63,586 nt of DNA, filler included, from Octopus bimaculoides (GCF_001194135.2; 5 parts of 5 records of this genome joined end to end with filler, not necessarily neighbours in it), one strand, 5' to 3'; positions 40,101 through 52,489 are shown, counted from the whole stretch's first letter. Notes: generated by a model not told the origin, from the sequence alone. A program made the numbers and translations.

Positions 40101-41731
40101 AAGGCAGACATTACGGAAGACAACACATAAAATAATATTGGAAATGATTAAAGTAAAGAAATAACAGAGACGACAAATCCAACTGGAAAATATTCAGAAA
40201 TAAGAAATAGCAAAACTTATAGCTATCAGCATATGAAAATTCCAATTCTTCTCTTTCACTTCGTGTTGTATCTCTGCACTGATATTTTAACTAGCATACT
40301 AAATATTTTCAACAAACAGTAAGAACGAAGAACTTGAAACGATATTGATCGACACATTGAAAAGAAAGAAAAAAGTCTAAATTCTCAAGACTGTAGGGTA
40401 TAAAAAAATACAGTATAACACAATTGGAAACTTCAGTGATTATAATATACGCATATTTAATATCGATACAATTTCAAGTCAAGTTAATGTAGAAAATACT
40501 TCTATAAGAGCAAAAACTCTCATGTGAAGCTTGACAGAAAATAAATAAACTTCCTAACAGTTAATGATCAACAGTTCCATGTTTCAATACTCAGGTGGGG
40601 CTAGAAGAAGCATCTGTGCGTCGATCGATTCTAGGAGCATTGGCCATAAAATGATATACTCCTAATAACATAAGGAAACAACGACGTTTTACAGAAAATA
40701 ATCTATGTTGGGAAATGCTAAATATGAACAGTTCTCTAAGTGCACTAAATAATTTAGTTGTGAGGAAATAGGGAAATGTAAGGACTATTATAAGTATTGC
40801 CAAGGAGGAATATTCTGTAAGAAGAGGGAAGAGGGACACACAGAACACAGAAAAAAATCCTTATCAGAATATGAAAGTTCAAAGGTGACTAGGTCTTTTA
40901 ATTCCACTTCTGTCTGGCACTGATATTTTTAACAGCATGCTAAACCAGACGAGATGTAGATAAAAGAAATATCAAGCAACGAGCAACTTCTCTATACATA
41001 CATAAGTACGTACGTACGTACGTATGTATGTATGTATGTACGTATGTATGTACGTACGTACGTACGTATATATGTATGCATGTATGCATGTATGTACGCA
41101 TATGTGAGTGCGTACGTATATCTTTCTACATAAACGCAGCAGATACATGAACATAAGCACGCATAAATAATCACACATACACACATATATCAAAGCACAT
41201 ATGGCTCTTTCGTCCCTCTCTTTCTCTTTTCTCTCCCCCAGTCCCCCATCTCTCTATCTTTCTTTCTCTTTCTCTTATGGTTAATTGGGAAATAGTATTT
41301 ACAAACTGACTATATCTATATGGATATATGAAGTGATATACAGTGTTTAACGTGCATCAAGAAAATACGTCGAAATTGTTATATAAACATTGGAAATACA
41401 TTGGAAGATAAAGGAAAAGAGGTAAGAATTTATTAGAGAACCATGCTTGAATTACTTAGGAACTAATTAAAGAGAGTACAGGATAAATAACAAAGAGGCA
41501 CTTATGAGTGAATTCCAAAGACTTGGTAGAGTAGTGGATAGATAATAGCTAAGTCAATGTGGATCAACACGTATCTATTTCTATGGTAAGTAGCAGTTAT
41601 ATCAATAAAGAGTTAAGGAAACAATTAGCAATTGATTAGAAAATTAGGAATATAACCATATTTTTTAATACCTTCTGACAAAAAGAAGGATATGAATGCT
41701 AAGGAAGTTTTCTGATTTGAAAAAGCTATTT

Positions 41732-41766
<35 letters not shown>

Positions 41767-42455
41767 NNNNNNNNNNNNNNNNNNNNNNNNNNNNNNNNNN
41801 NNNNNNNNNNNNNNNNNNNNNNNNNNNNNNNNNNNNNNNNNNNNNNNNNNNNNNNNNNNNNNNNNNNNNNNNNNNNNNNNNNNNNNNNNNNNNNNNNNNN
41901 NNNNNNNNNNNNNNNNNNNNNNNNNNNNNNNNNNNNNNNNNNNNNNNNNNNNNNNNNNNNNNNNNNNNNNNNNNNNNNNNNNNNNNNNNNNNNNNNNNNN
42001 NNNNNNNNNNNNNNNNNNNNNNNNNNNNNNNNNNNNNNNNNNNNNNNNNNNNNNNNNNNNNNNNNNNNNNNNNNNNNNNNNNNNNNNNNNNNNNNNNNNN
42101 NNNNNNNNNNNNNNNNNNNNNNNNNNNNNNNNNNNNNNNNNNNNNNNNNNNNNNNNNNNNNNNNNNNNNNNNNNNNNNNNNNNNNNNNNNNNNNNNNNNN
42201 NNNNNNNNNNNNNNNNNNNNNNNNNNNNNNNNNNNNNNNNNNNNNNNNNNNNNNNNNNNNNNNNNNNNNNNNNNNNNNNNNNNNNNNNACGACGCAGTAA
42301 ATATTTTCTGCAGATATATTCCTGGAATTAGCGCGCCAAAACGAAGACTTTTGAATTTTACTATTAAGCTGTAATTAGCAGAACCATATGCACGCGCACC
42401 AATGGCGGTGGGCAACTCTGTATACGATTCTGATGATTGCGGTTACATTACAAAT

Positions 42456-42513
42456 CAGGCTGATGAGGAATAGACAAATGGTAAGAATTTGTTAAATCCG
42501 AAACTAGTTACTG
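42456..42513 (+). ncRNA. Type I hammerhead motif, canonical core, extended stem II
   Basis: CAGG-CTGATGA-[13-bp stem, 11 pairs, loop GGTAAGA]-GAAA-CTAG-T-T-ACTG; palindromic ACTAGT; 1.1/2.1 A.G mismatch. Confidence 0.6.
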
Positions 42514-43100
42514 TTTAATAATGCTTTTTTAGGTGATTTTAAATGTCTTGCCCGCTCACGTTTTTGGTATGCTGCTATATTTCATGTTGAGAACAATTTA
42601 GGTCTTAATAGACACAAGATGTGATCTATTTCTAGCGCATTAATTGTCCACGTTAGTGGTCGACGTAATTAAAAAAAATATATATATATGTATATATATA
42701 TATATAGTGCAGGATGGGAAAACATAATAAAGAATAAGAATAAAGCAAATCCGCAACAAATACATTCTAAGAAAATCAACATCAAAATTCGTTTCCCATT
42801 CTTTAAGAAGGCTAATATATGTAAGTCAAAGACTAAGATACGGTGATCAGTCATTTAAAAATGGAACGCAATAGGATATCACTCGATCGTTCGACAAAGT
42901 ATTTGTTATTAAAATTATGATCGAAGGGATGTGTATAAGAAACAAGTAAAAAAAAAAAATCACATAAAGAAGGATCAAGTCATATAACTGAGTTTATTTC
43001 TAAATGCAGTATATATCTCGGCCATAAAGTAAAGCAGCGAGTAGGCATTGAATTTATGAATCCAGTTATAACCGAAACAAATATATATAAAAATATATAT

Positions 43101-43428
43101 AGGCGCAGGCATGCTTGTGTGGTTAGGAGCTTGGTTCCCAACCGCGTGGTTCCGGGTTCAGTCGCAGTGCGTAAGGGTCTTCTACTATAATCTCATGCCG
43201 ACCAAAGCCTTGCGAATGGATTTGGTAGACATAAACTGAAAGAAGCTCGTCGTATAAATGTGTGTATATATATATATATACATTATTTACATTATTTAGA
43301 TTTGACAGATATTTGTCCTCAATTTGTTTGTTGTTAACACAACGTTTCGGTTGATATACCCTCCAGTCTTCATCAGGTGTCTTGGGTAAATTTCGAATCT
43401 GGGTTCTCATTCCTAAGGTATATTTCGA

Positions 43429-43500
<72 letters not shown>

Positions 43501-43735
43501 GTTTGTAAGTGTGTGTTTTTATGTGTCTGTCTTTGTCCACTCCACCATCGATTGACAACCAATGTTGGTGTGTTTACGTCTCCGTAACTTAGTGGTTTGG
43601 CAAAGACAACCGATAGAATAATTACTAAGCTTACAAAGAAGAGGTCCTAGTGTTGATTTTTTTCTAATAAAGTCGGTGCCCCAGCATGGCTGCAGTCAAA
43701 TGATTGAAACAAGTAAAAGAATAAAAGAATAGAAT
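43101..43735 (+). mobile_element. SINE family A copy with a Penelope-like insertion and (ATT)n in its internal microsatellite
   Basis: Head at 43101-43255 and tail at 43500-43735 match family A. Confidence 0.85.
43336..43381 (-). ncRNA. Minimal hammerhead motif, canonical core, damaged stem II
   Basis: GACAC-CTGATGA-A-GACTG...CAACC-GAAA-CG-T-T-GTGTT. Confidence 0.6.
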
Positions 43736-44029
43736 ACGAGAGTAGGAAATCCACGCAACCCTTATGTATTAAAAGACAAGAACTATAAAAGCGCACACTG
43801 CAGTAATTTCAGAAAATGGCGAATGGATCATAATCTGAAGTATGTTTCCAATAGAGTATACTAAAGTGAAACAGATCAATGGATGAAATATTATATAATC
43901 GATGTATCGGTTAAGCTGATGACAGTGTAACTGTATAAAATAATGGGTAATACCTTTGAACTAGAACTATTCTCATAATGTGTAACATCACAGGTTGTAT
44001 TCTTTTCTTCAACCAAAAATAAATGAAAT

Positions 44030-44148
44030 GCAGTGTCGAGGATGGCGGACGTGAAAGCTAACGAAGAACTAGCTTAAAATGGCAGGGAATAAGGGTCATT
44101 TCTCAGTCAATCTTGAAATTTATACAGTGGGCAGTAATCTTGAAGATA
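44030..44148 (+). promoter_or_regulatory. CpG-containing 5' region: YY1-like ATGGCGG, 11-codon uORF, then ATG exon ending GATA|gtgagt
   Basis: uORF 44042-44077 (MADVKANEELA*); second ATG at 44079 (MAGNKGHFSVNLEIYTVGSNLED); lies just upstream of the CpG-depleted domain. Confidence 0.45.
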
Positions 44149-45030
44149 GTGAGTAGTCAGTTTCACTTGAACCAACACTTGACCAGTAGTACATTTATTG
44201 TTACAGGACAATCAAAACGGAAAGACAGATAACAAAAGAACGGAGAACGTTTTATTCCATTCTCTAATGATCTTGCCAATTCACTAAGCTGATAACTGCT
44301 GTTCAAATATAGGTATAATGCTGAAATTTGTGTAAGAGTGTGAGTCAGTACCCTAGACCACAGTACATGCCGAATAATTTATTTCTCGAGGCCAAAAAGT
44401 TTAAAGGCAAACATGATCACTCCAGGATTTAAACTCATACTGAAATGGACGTAACAAGAATACTGTAGCTTACGCAATCTCGTATTGTTAATTCTGAAGC
44501 TACAGGACATCTGTAAATAACATGAAACTGACAGAATTGATAATAATAACAACAACAAACTCATAGAAAATTTCTTACATTATTATCATTTTTTGTTTAT
44601 CTTTAATGAAATGTAAACAAACAGTTACTAGATCCTGACTTCAGTAACACGTCGTATGTGGTCAATTTACCAGTATCCTTTTACTTTAAAATTGTCCCGT
44701 GAATCCACATTTAGAGTTCTTTGTAATTGTTTTCATGTAAAACAAAATAAAGATTGTATTAAATAATATTTATTAGCAGTGATTAGATTCATGTAAATTC
44801 TTTTCAATATGTAAGACAACATACTAAAGTCTGAATCGATAAAACAAATGGTCATTGTCATCACGTTATGGAAAACTAATTATATTCACATACACATACA
44901 TGTATATGCAAGTATGTATGCATAAATATANNNNNNNNNNNNNNNNNNNNNNNNNNNNNNNNNNNNNNNNNNNNTTAATTAATTAANNNNNNNNNNNNNN
45001 NNNNNNNNNNNNNNNNNNNNNNNNNNNNNN

Positions 45031-45067
<37 letters not shown>

Positions 45068-46435
45068 GTGCAATGGGCTTCTTTCAGGTTCCGTCTACCA
45101 AATCCACCCACAAGGCTTTGGTCGACCCAAGCTATAGTAGAAGACACGTGCTCAGGGTGCCATGCAATAGGACTGAACCTGGAACCATGTGGTTGGGAAG
45201 CAAGCTTCATACTACACAGCCATGCCTGCTAGACTACCCATGATCTTTTGAGTCACCGAGAAACTCTGAGTTTCCCAGCAACAGAGTTTTGTTTTGTGGA
45301 TTAGAAAGATTTGTCTGCTATTTCTTGCATGCTCAGCTACCATGTAACAAGTATTTTGGGTCCTTTATCTCAAATAGCTGTTATGTGGTCGCAGGGCGTG
45401 CTAGAAATAGCAGCCAAATCTTTGGAGGGAGATACATTGAATGCGCTCGAAAAAAAGTATTTCACGCTGAAGTTATGAACGGGTCTTTAACGAAATATCT
45501 ACCATATTTTTTAATTCATTTCCACTTTAGAATATTTTTTAATATGACAAAAAATATTTTTGTAACGCTATTCACTTGAAAATAATTTTAAACAACAATA
45601 AAATGTTGTCTGTTTAAAGAAGGCTACAATATACATACTTACTGCACAAACAGCTTACATTTTTGAAATCACATTCACTTGAAAATATTTGTAAATGATT
45701 AAAATATTGTGTTTTACAAAAGCGAAAATAGAAATTGGAACGACAAAAAAATCTCTTCTTTTTCCATTGTCAACTCACTGTCTAATAAAAGAATAAGCAT
45801 TTCTTCCCTTTCAGGATGAAGATTATTTTCGGAACATTTTCCCATTATGTACCGTTTTGGGTATTTATACCCTGAAAATCTCTAATATCTTGAAAACTAC
45901 TTTGCTAATTTATGCAAAATTTGTTTCATTCAATTCATATTAACATTTCAGGGTAAACTTAATTCACAATATTTTCACAATATGTACCAGTTTCACTGAG
46001 TAGCATTACAAGCAAGCAAGCAAGACTGAAACTGACTTTTAATGTATTATAGATAAATATGCTATAAACTGAAGACTTTTACACAGTTACGTTAAGTCAA
46101 CATAATACCTGATTTCTCCATATATTCTAGCACTGTCTTTGAGTGCTCAATAAATTCATGAAGGAATACTTAGCATAATATATCAGGAAAATTATTCAAC
46201 CTGGGAATCAGATGTGTACCTATTAGAGTGATTCACAGAAAGCCAGCTGAAGAACTGTCTAATAGTCAGCTTAATACTTTTAGGACTTCACTTTTACTGT
46301 GATGTTGAGCCCAGCAAAATGCCTATCACCTTTATTGTGTTCTTCCTTTTCTACAAACTCGAGCTATTTGAAGTGATTGACACTTCTTTATACAGCTTTT
46401 ATCATCCATATGTAGCTGCCACTCCATCAATTATG

Positions 46436-46740
46436 ATGATGAGGGTTCTAGTTGATCCAATCAACAGAACAGCCTGCTCGTGAAATTAACATGCAAGTGG
46501 CTGAGCACCCCACAGACACATGTGCCCTTAAAGTAGTTCTTAGAGAGATTCCGCGAGACACAGAGTGTGACAAGGCTGGCCCTTTGAAATACAGGTACTA
46601 CTCATTTTTGCCAGCTGAATGAACTGGAGCATCGTGAAATAAAGTGTCTTGCACAAGGACACGACACATCGCTGGGGATTGAACTCATGACCTTATGATT
46701 GTGAGCTGAATACCCTAACCACTAAGCCATGCGCCTTCCA
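46436..46740 (-). mobile_element. tRNA-derived SINE, family B-related, full length
   Basis: Minus head GAAGGCGCATGGCTTAGTGGTTAGGG...GAGTTCAATCCC, core GTGTCCTTGTGCAAGACACTT. Confidence 0.85.
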
Positions 46741-47617
46741 TCCATATGTATTACATGAGCATACAGTGCAGCATTCTCTTTTGCAAACTACATCTGATTT
46801 ACACTTTGTTGTTCATGCACTGATATTGCACACCCATTAGTAGCATACATTTCTTTCTGGCTTTTGCATGTCCTCAGCATTCAAGGCCCATGTAACATTA
46901 CTGATCATACACAAGTATTACACAATCTATCTTCCATTCTGAAGGAGAGACATTTTAATACCAACAGTGGTAATAACTCCTAGAACTTTTTCCATCCTAT
47001 TCTTATTCTGCCAACTATACTTTCAGAACATCCTGCTCCACTGCTAATTAGGTGACCTAGGTTACAGAAACTTTCTACTACTTCCAGGGAACTTCTTGGA
47101 CATGTACAGGAAGGATTAACCAGATATTGCCATTTTTAGTTTATTAATCTTCATTAGCAGTCAAATGCCCTACATTATGCTGCTACTTTGAAATCCTATT
47201 TAAAGCTACTGTTGTTACGTTTCTATACTATAAAAGGATATAAATAAACCAGGTAGACTGATTTGAACATTAGATATTCTCAGGTGTTTTGTTATGCAGA
47301 TTATTCACATACCAGTGTTTTATTTTTACGTTAAGTTTTGCTATAATTACCAGCACGTTAGTAATTTACATAACAGCTACATTGCTTGCTGGTGTAGAAT
47401 AATAAACAAGTATGTATGTGAGTGTGTATGTGTAATATACATACATACATACATACATACATATGTATATATATATGTATATATATCATCATCATCTATA
47501 TATATATATATATATAGACATATATAGATAGATAGATATATAGATATACCAGAGTAAGCGCATAAATGTGAAACAAGGTGGGAAAAAATAGTACTCGAAT
47601 ACCAGAGGTAGAGTAAT

Positions 47618-48550
47618 ACACATTTGAAAATGGTTTTGTTTCATTGGTCCTTTCAACTAACGGTCTTTTCAATAACCAGTTGCATGCAATAACAAATTGT
47701 GCATTTTTATATGTGTTTGCTGTGCAAGCTAAATGAAGTATCTAATCATCTTTAGATACTTTTCAAACGCCATTATGGGTCACTCTCTACTCCCATCTAT
47801 TTTTTTCCCTTTCTCGCTCTAATTTTCTGTTTCTGTTTCTTTTATTTCTTTTTCTTCTTTACCACTGTTTTCTTCCCCTCCTCTTACTTACTATTTTCTG
47901 ATTTTTTTCCTCCTCTTTCTTTCGCCTGTAGCAACTAACTTGTATAAGCATATGCCAGGAGATTTTGTACATGTGTGTGTGCGTGCATACATATATATAT
48001 GCATTTTTATATATATTTATATCTGTATATGTATGTAGCCACATACTTGCATCTGTATAGTGTCACGTGTATATCGTTGGCAATTTTCTTTCTCTGTCTT
48101 CCCTTCTTTGGACTTTTTCTATATTTCTGATGAAGAGTTCTGCTCGAAACATGAAATCCACTTTCTTTTCTTTCCTTTCCTGTACTTATTCCATATCCTC
48201 GCGTTGTTGTTTCTTCGTGTTTTTTCTTGCTTGTTCATGTTTGGATTGACTATATTATAGATGGTTTGGTATGTGTATATACTGCTAAATGTATATGTAA
48301 TCTAGCATGAAAATGTTTTTGGACGGATATCTTTTAATTTATTAATTAATTTAGTTTATTAATTGATTAATATTTTACAGCTAATTATTTACCCTGGGTA
48401 TTCAGGCCTTTTTCTTCTTTGTAAGCTATTTTTGATTTAAGGTTTTCTTTGATTTTTATAATAATATGATTTTATACCGCAATTTGTTATTGCTTGCAAA
48501 GACCATTAAGTTGAAAGGACCAATGAAGCAAAACCATTTTCAAATGTGTA
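47618..48550. repeat. Imperfect inverted repeat (arms about 47618-47701 and 48477-48550)
   Basis: tacacatttgaaaatggttttgtttcattggtcctttcaact vs the reverse complement of agttgaaaggaccaatgaagcaaaaccattttcaaatgtgta. Confidence 0.85.
48123..48157 (+). ncRNA. Decayed hammerhead motif
   Basis: ATTT-CTGATGA-A-GAGT tct GCTC-GAAA-CA-T-G-AAAT; palindrome ACGT changed to ACAT and non-cleavable G17. Confidence 0.55.
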
Positions 48551-48607
48551 TCTATCAAACTCATTGTATATTTTTGCATATAACCTTATTTTTGTTCCAT
48601 TCTAAAC

Positions 48608-48653
48608 AAAACTGTCTGGCAAACGGGAACATGAAACTCTGAGTAACAGTTTT
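48608..48653 (+). ncRNA. Decayed hammerhead motif
   Basis: AAAACTGT-CTGGCAA-ACG ggaa CAT-GAAA-CTCTGAG-T-A-ACAGTTTT; 8-bp stem I, core changed from CTGACGA. Confidence 0.6.
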
Positions 48654-48744
48654 TGTGATATTTTTGCTGCTGCTTTCTATATATATATATATATATATAT
48701 ACATATATATTACGGAGATGCACTCATATATTTTTGCTGCTGCT

Positions 48745-48781
<37 letters not shown>

Positions 48782-48907
48782 TATTACGGAGTGGCCTGAT
48801 CTGAGATCATGTGCTGGAACGAAAACAATTGCAGCGTGGAAGGTGTTTATAAGCCATTTAAAATAACAAACAAAATCCGTTAGATTCACTTCAACATTTA
48901 AATTTAA

Positions 48908-48958
48908 TTTGTCAAAATATTTTCGTCGCTTTGAGACCGCGACCTGTTCACTGACAAA
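48908..48958 (-). ncRNA. Intact minimal hammerhead with G3:C8 covariant core
   Basis: TTTGTCA-GTGAACA-G-GTCGC ggtctcaaa GCGAC-GAAA-ATAT-T-T-TGACAAA: 7-bp stem I, 5-bp stem II, palindromic AATATT stem III. Confidence 0.75.
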
Positions 48959-49098
48959 ATTATGTGCTGCATCTGAGAAAGTAATAGTTAGTTCATGATA
49001 TATATGTACATGTGTATGTATGTATGTATGTATGTATATATATATATATATATATTTGTACTAATATTAATTAAAGAACACTGCTGTTATTCTTTCAG

Positions 49099-49184
49099 GT
49101 TCATAAAACAGGTTGGTGCTTCAATAGACCAAGTTGGTTTCCCACCATTTATTGACAAAGTAAAGCAGTTTATGAATTCCACAA
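49099..49184 (+). CDS. Internal coding exon of unknown gene (FIKQVGASIDQVGFPPFIDKVKQFMNST)
   Basis: Acceptor ttattctttcag, donor CAA|gtaggt, open frame with protein-like composition. Confidence 0.6.
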
Positions 49185-49753
49185 GTAGGTAGCTTTTTGT
49201 TGGGTTTTTTTCTTCGTTTTTTTTCCTTGCTATTCTTTTTTGTCTGATTTTTTCTTTTGCATGTTTTTTTTTTAAAATTACAGTGAGTATAGGTAGGTTT
49301 GTGGTTCAACTGATTTGGATTATCTATTTTGTTAAACTTTATTAACAGGTAACAAAGACAACAAGCAAGAAAGAAGATACATAATTACTTTTATATACAT
49401 GTATTTCATTATTGAGTTTTTTTTTTGTCTTTTTTTTCTTTAAAACTTTAGACTTCTGTTTTGTCTTCTTCGACATGATTTTCTGTAATAACTGTTTTTT
49501 CATCATCCATTATCACTTTTATTGAATATTAAGGCAGCAAGCTGACAAAACCCTTAGTGCATCGGACAAAATGCTTAGCTGCATTTCTTTCTGCTTATTA
49601 CTTCCTAAGTTCAAATTCTGCTGAAGTGAGCTTTGCCTTTCATCCTTTTATGATCGATAAAATAAACACCTGTTGAGTCCTAGGGTTGATGTAATTGATT
49701 TCTCCTCCCCATAAAATTGCTGGTTTTGTGCCAAAATTAGAAAGAATTATTAA

Positions 49754-50885
49754 TACAAGAGTATGTCAAAAATTGTATGCACTCTTGTTTCTGTAATTTC
49801 TTAAGACAAAAACCTTGCTTTCTCATGTGTTTTTTCCAGTAGTCCACAAGCTTACTTATTCCATCAGAGAAGAAGGTTTTTCGCTGGTTGCACAGCTATT
49901 TATGCACTGTTTCCTGCACTTCTTCATCTGTAGCAATTCAATGCCCATATAGAGGATGTTTGAGCAGTCCAAAGAGGTGATAGTTGAAAGGGGCAAGATC
50001 TGGACTATATAAAGTGTGTTCCAACAACTTGAAACCCAATTTTTCAATGGTTTTAATGGTGTAGGTAACTGTATGTTGGTGTGCATTGTCGTGCAACAAT
50101 GTGTGACAATAACACTTGCTTTGACAATGGACTTCAGTGTTTGATGCAAATTGCTGGTTTCACTGTGTTGGCCAGCATTTCTCTGTAACTTACACCAGTG
50201 ACTGTAGATCCCTTTTCCAGCTAATGTTCCAGTACAATCCCTTCTGCATCCCCAAAACTGGTTAGCATCACTTTTTCTGTGGAAGGTTGAGTCTTGAATT
50301 CCTTTTTTGCTGGTGATTCTGGATGTTTCCACTCCATTCACTGCCTTTTGGATTCTGGCTCAAAATGATGAACCCTGGTTTCATCTGCTTCGATATTCTC
50401 TCTGAAAAAAACTTTTCCTTCATCACTGTAGTGGTTTAATAAGCATTGACAGATCTCCACACAATTGTGCTTATATGTTTTGGTAAGCTTTCTTGGTACC
50501 CATTACACACAGATTTTTACATAAGCAAAGCTTGTCATGAAAGATTTTGTATACAGAACTGTGAATAATATGCAGAGAACATGTCATGTCATCAATGGCC
50601 ACTTGTTGGGTCACCAAAACCATCTCTTGAGCTTGTTGAATCTACATGTCTGTGGAAGAACATAATGAGCATCCTGCTCCCTCTTTGTGCTTTATGCTTG
50701 CCCAGCCATTTTTGACTTCTTGATCTACTCATATGCACTTCTACACAGTAGAGCACTGTCTTCATATTGTACTAGAACCCTACAATGAATTTCAGCTCCT
50801 GACATACATTTAGACCAGAGAAATCAGATCACTGATCCGTTCTTCCTTGGTGCACACTGCCAGTGGAGTGGCCATGATTAATTTG
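49754..50885 (-). mobile_element. Mariner DNA transposon relic
   Basis: Frameshifted transposase: MATPLAVCTKEE..., EWKHPESPAKKEFKTQPSTEKVML..., GISKLVDYW; 3' end ...tttgacatactcttgTA. Confidence 0.88.
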
Positions 50886-50904
50886 TAACAACATTATCAT
50901 CATC

Positions 50905-51330
50905 ATCATCATCATAATTTAACGTCCGTTGTCCATGAGTTGGACGGTTTGACCAGGACTGGTAAGGCCGGAAGGCTGCATCAGACTCCAGTCTGATTTG
51001 GCATGGTTTTCTATGGCTGGATACCCTTCCTAACACCAACCACTTTTAAATTTTAAGGGTGCTTTTACATGCCACCGGCACAGGTGCCATTTGTGTGACA
51101 CCGGTATCTGCCACAACTGCGATTTTGCTCGGCTTGATGGGTCTTCTTTTAAAGCAGAACATAATGCCAAAGGTCTTGGTCATTGCTTCTATGAGGCCCA
51201 ACGCTTAAAGGAACTCAGCCACTTTGCTTCTGTCAGGCCCAACACTCAAAAGGTGCTCTTTACATGCCACCAGCTCGGGTACCAGTTATGTGACATCAAC
51301 ATCAGCCATGACTATGATTTCACTTGGCTT
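50905..51330 (-). mobile_element. RTE-associated repeat (GGTTGGcGTTAGGAAGGGcATCCAGC family)
   Basis: Motif shared with 53540-53765 (+), 57440-57550 and 58420-58600; (CAT)n tail. Confidence 0.7.
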
Positions 51331-52108
51331 GACGAGTCTTCTCTAATGCAAGAAAGAAAACTGGAGCAATCAAGGTCAAACCTCTGTTAAATACCACAAG
51401 AGGACTACCTTTTAACATGCAAGCACTGAAAGCAAGCAGCTAACCTAAAAATAGTTTTAGTGAAAGTGTGGATATCTTTTGACTTTCCCTTGTATTATTG
51501 AACAATAAGGCAGTGAGCTGGCAGAATTTTTAACACGCCAGCCCAAAAAGCGCTTAGCCCTTTATGTTCTGAGGCCAACTTTGCCTCTTATCCTTTTGGG
51601 GGTTCAATAAAATTAAGTACTAATCAAGTACTGGGGTCAATGTAATAGACTTTCCCCTTCCCCTCAAAATTGCTGGTTTTGTGCCAAATTTAGAAAAAAT
51701 TATTATTATCATTGAATAGTAAAGGTACGTGATGGATTAAATGACATGCAGAATTTACTCTGACCTTTTCTACATCCTGAGTTCAAACACTGCAGAGATT
51801 AACTTTATCTTTAATTGAATGAATTAATATTAGTATTAGTATCGTTTTTGATTTCTAACATAGTCACAGGGCCTTAAATTTGGGTGAGGAACATAGTCAG
51901 TATTATCAGTGACTTGTACATTATTTTATCAACACCAGAGGAGTTAAAAAACAAAGTTGACCTTCATGTGATTTGAAATCAGAATATAAAGAGTAGTAGC
52001 TAAATGCCACAAGACATTTTGTTCAAACTCTACCAATTTTACCAGACTACTAATCTTTCATAGGTAATTTTATTAAATTAGAAAAGAAACTATCATTGCT
52101 GCCGCTGC

Positions 52109-52139
<31 letters not shown>

Positions 52140-52489
52140 AAGTGGATTGGTAGAATTGGTGGAATATTGAACAAAATGCCATACAGTAATTTGGTTATAT
52201 AGCTTTATGTTCTGAGTTCAAATCCAGCAGAAGACAATTTTGCCTATTATCTTTGTGTGGCCAATACAATGAGTCTAAAATGCACAACCAACAACATAAC
52301 TGGATAGATCCTTCACCTTGAGCCTATCTTAGAAAGAATTATTTGAGAGTAAGCTCCTTCATTTTTAAGCATGCCTCTAGTCAATGGGTCCATTTTGGCA
52401 TCCATGTATAAGTCAGGGAGTACAGATGAGAGAGAGCACTTACCCTTTTGGTAGTCAGAGGAGTCCCAAATTTGCAGGATTCATTGACT

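Noticed and set aside
42389-42480. Signal-anchor-like exon MHAHQWRWATLYTILMIAVTLQIRLMRNRQM
   Set aside because: Overlaps the hammerhead motif, and its donor is the ribozyme loop; no reliable in-frame partner, so it is not called as CDS.
43910-43940. CTGATGA followed by a CAGT/ACTG hairpin
   Set aside because: GAAA, stem III and stem I are absent.
45815-47330. Several candidate exons between the 44079 and 49099 exons
   Set aside because: None gave both good splice sites and a phase-compatible open frame.
48658-48791. About 65-bp direct repeat containing (TA)n
   Set aside because: Likely slippage or an assembly overlap at a microsatellite; no independent signal.
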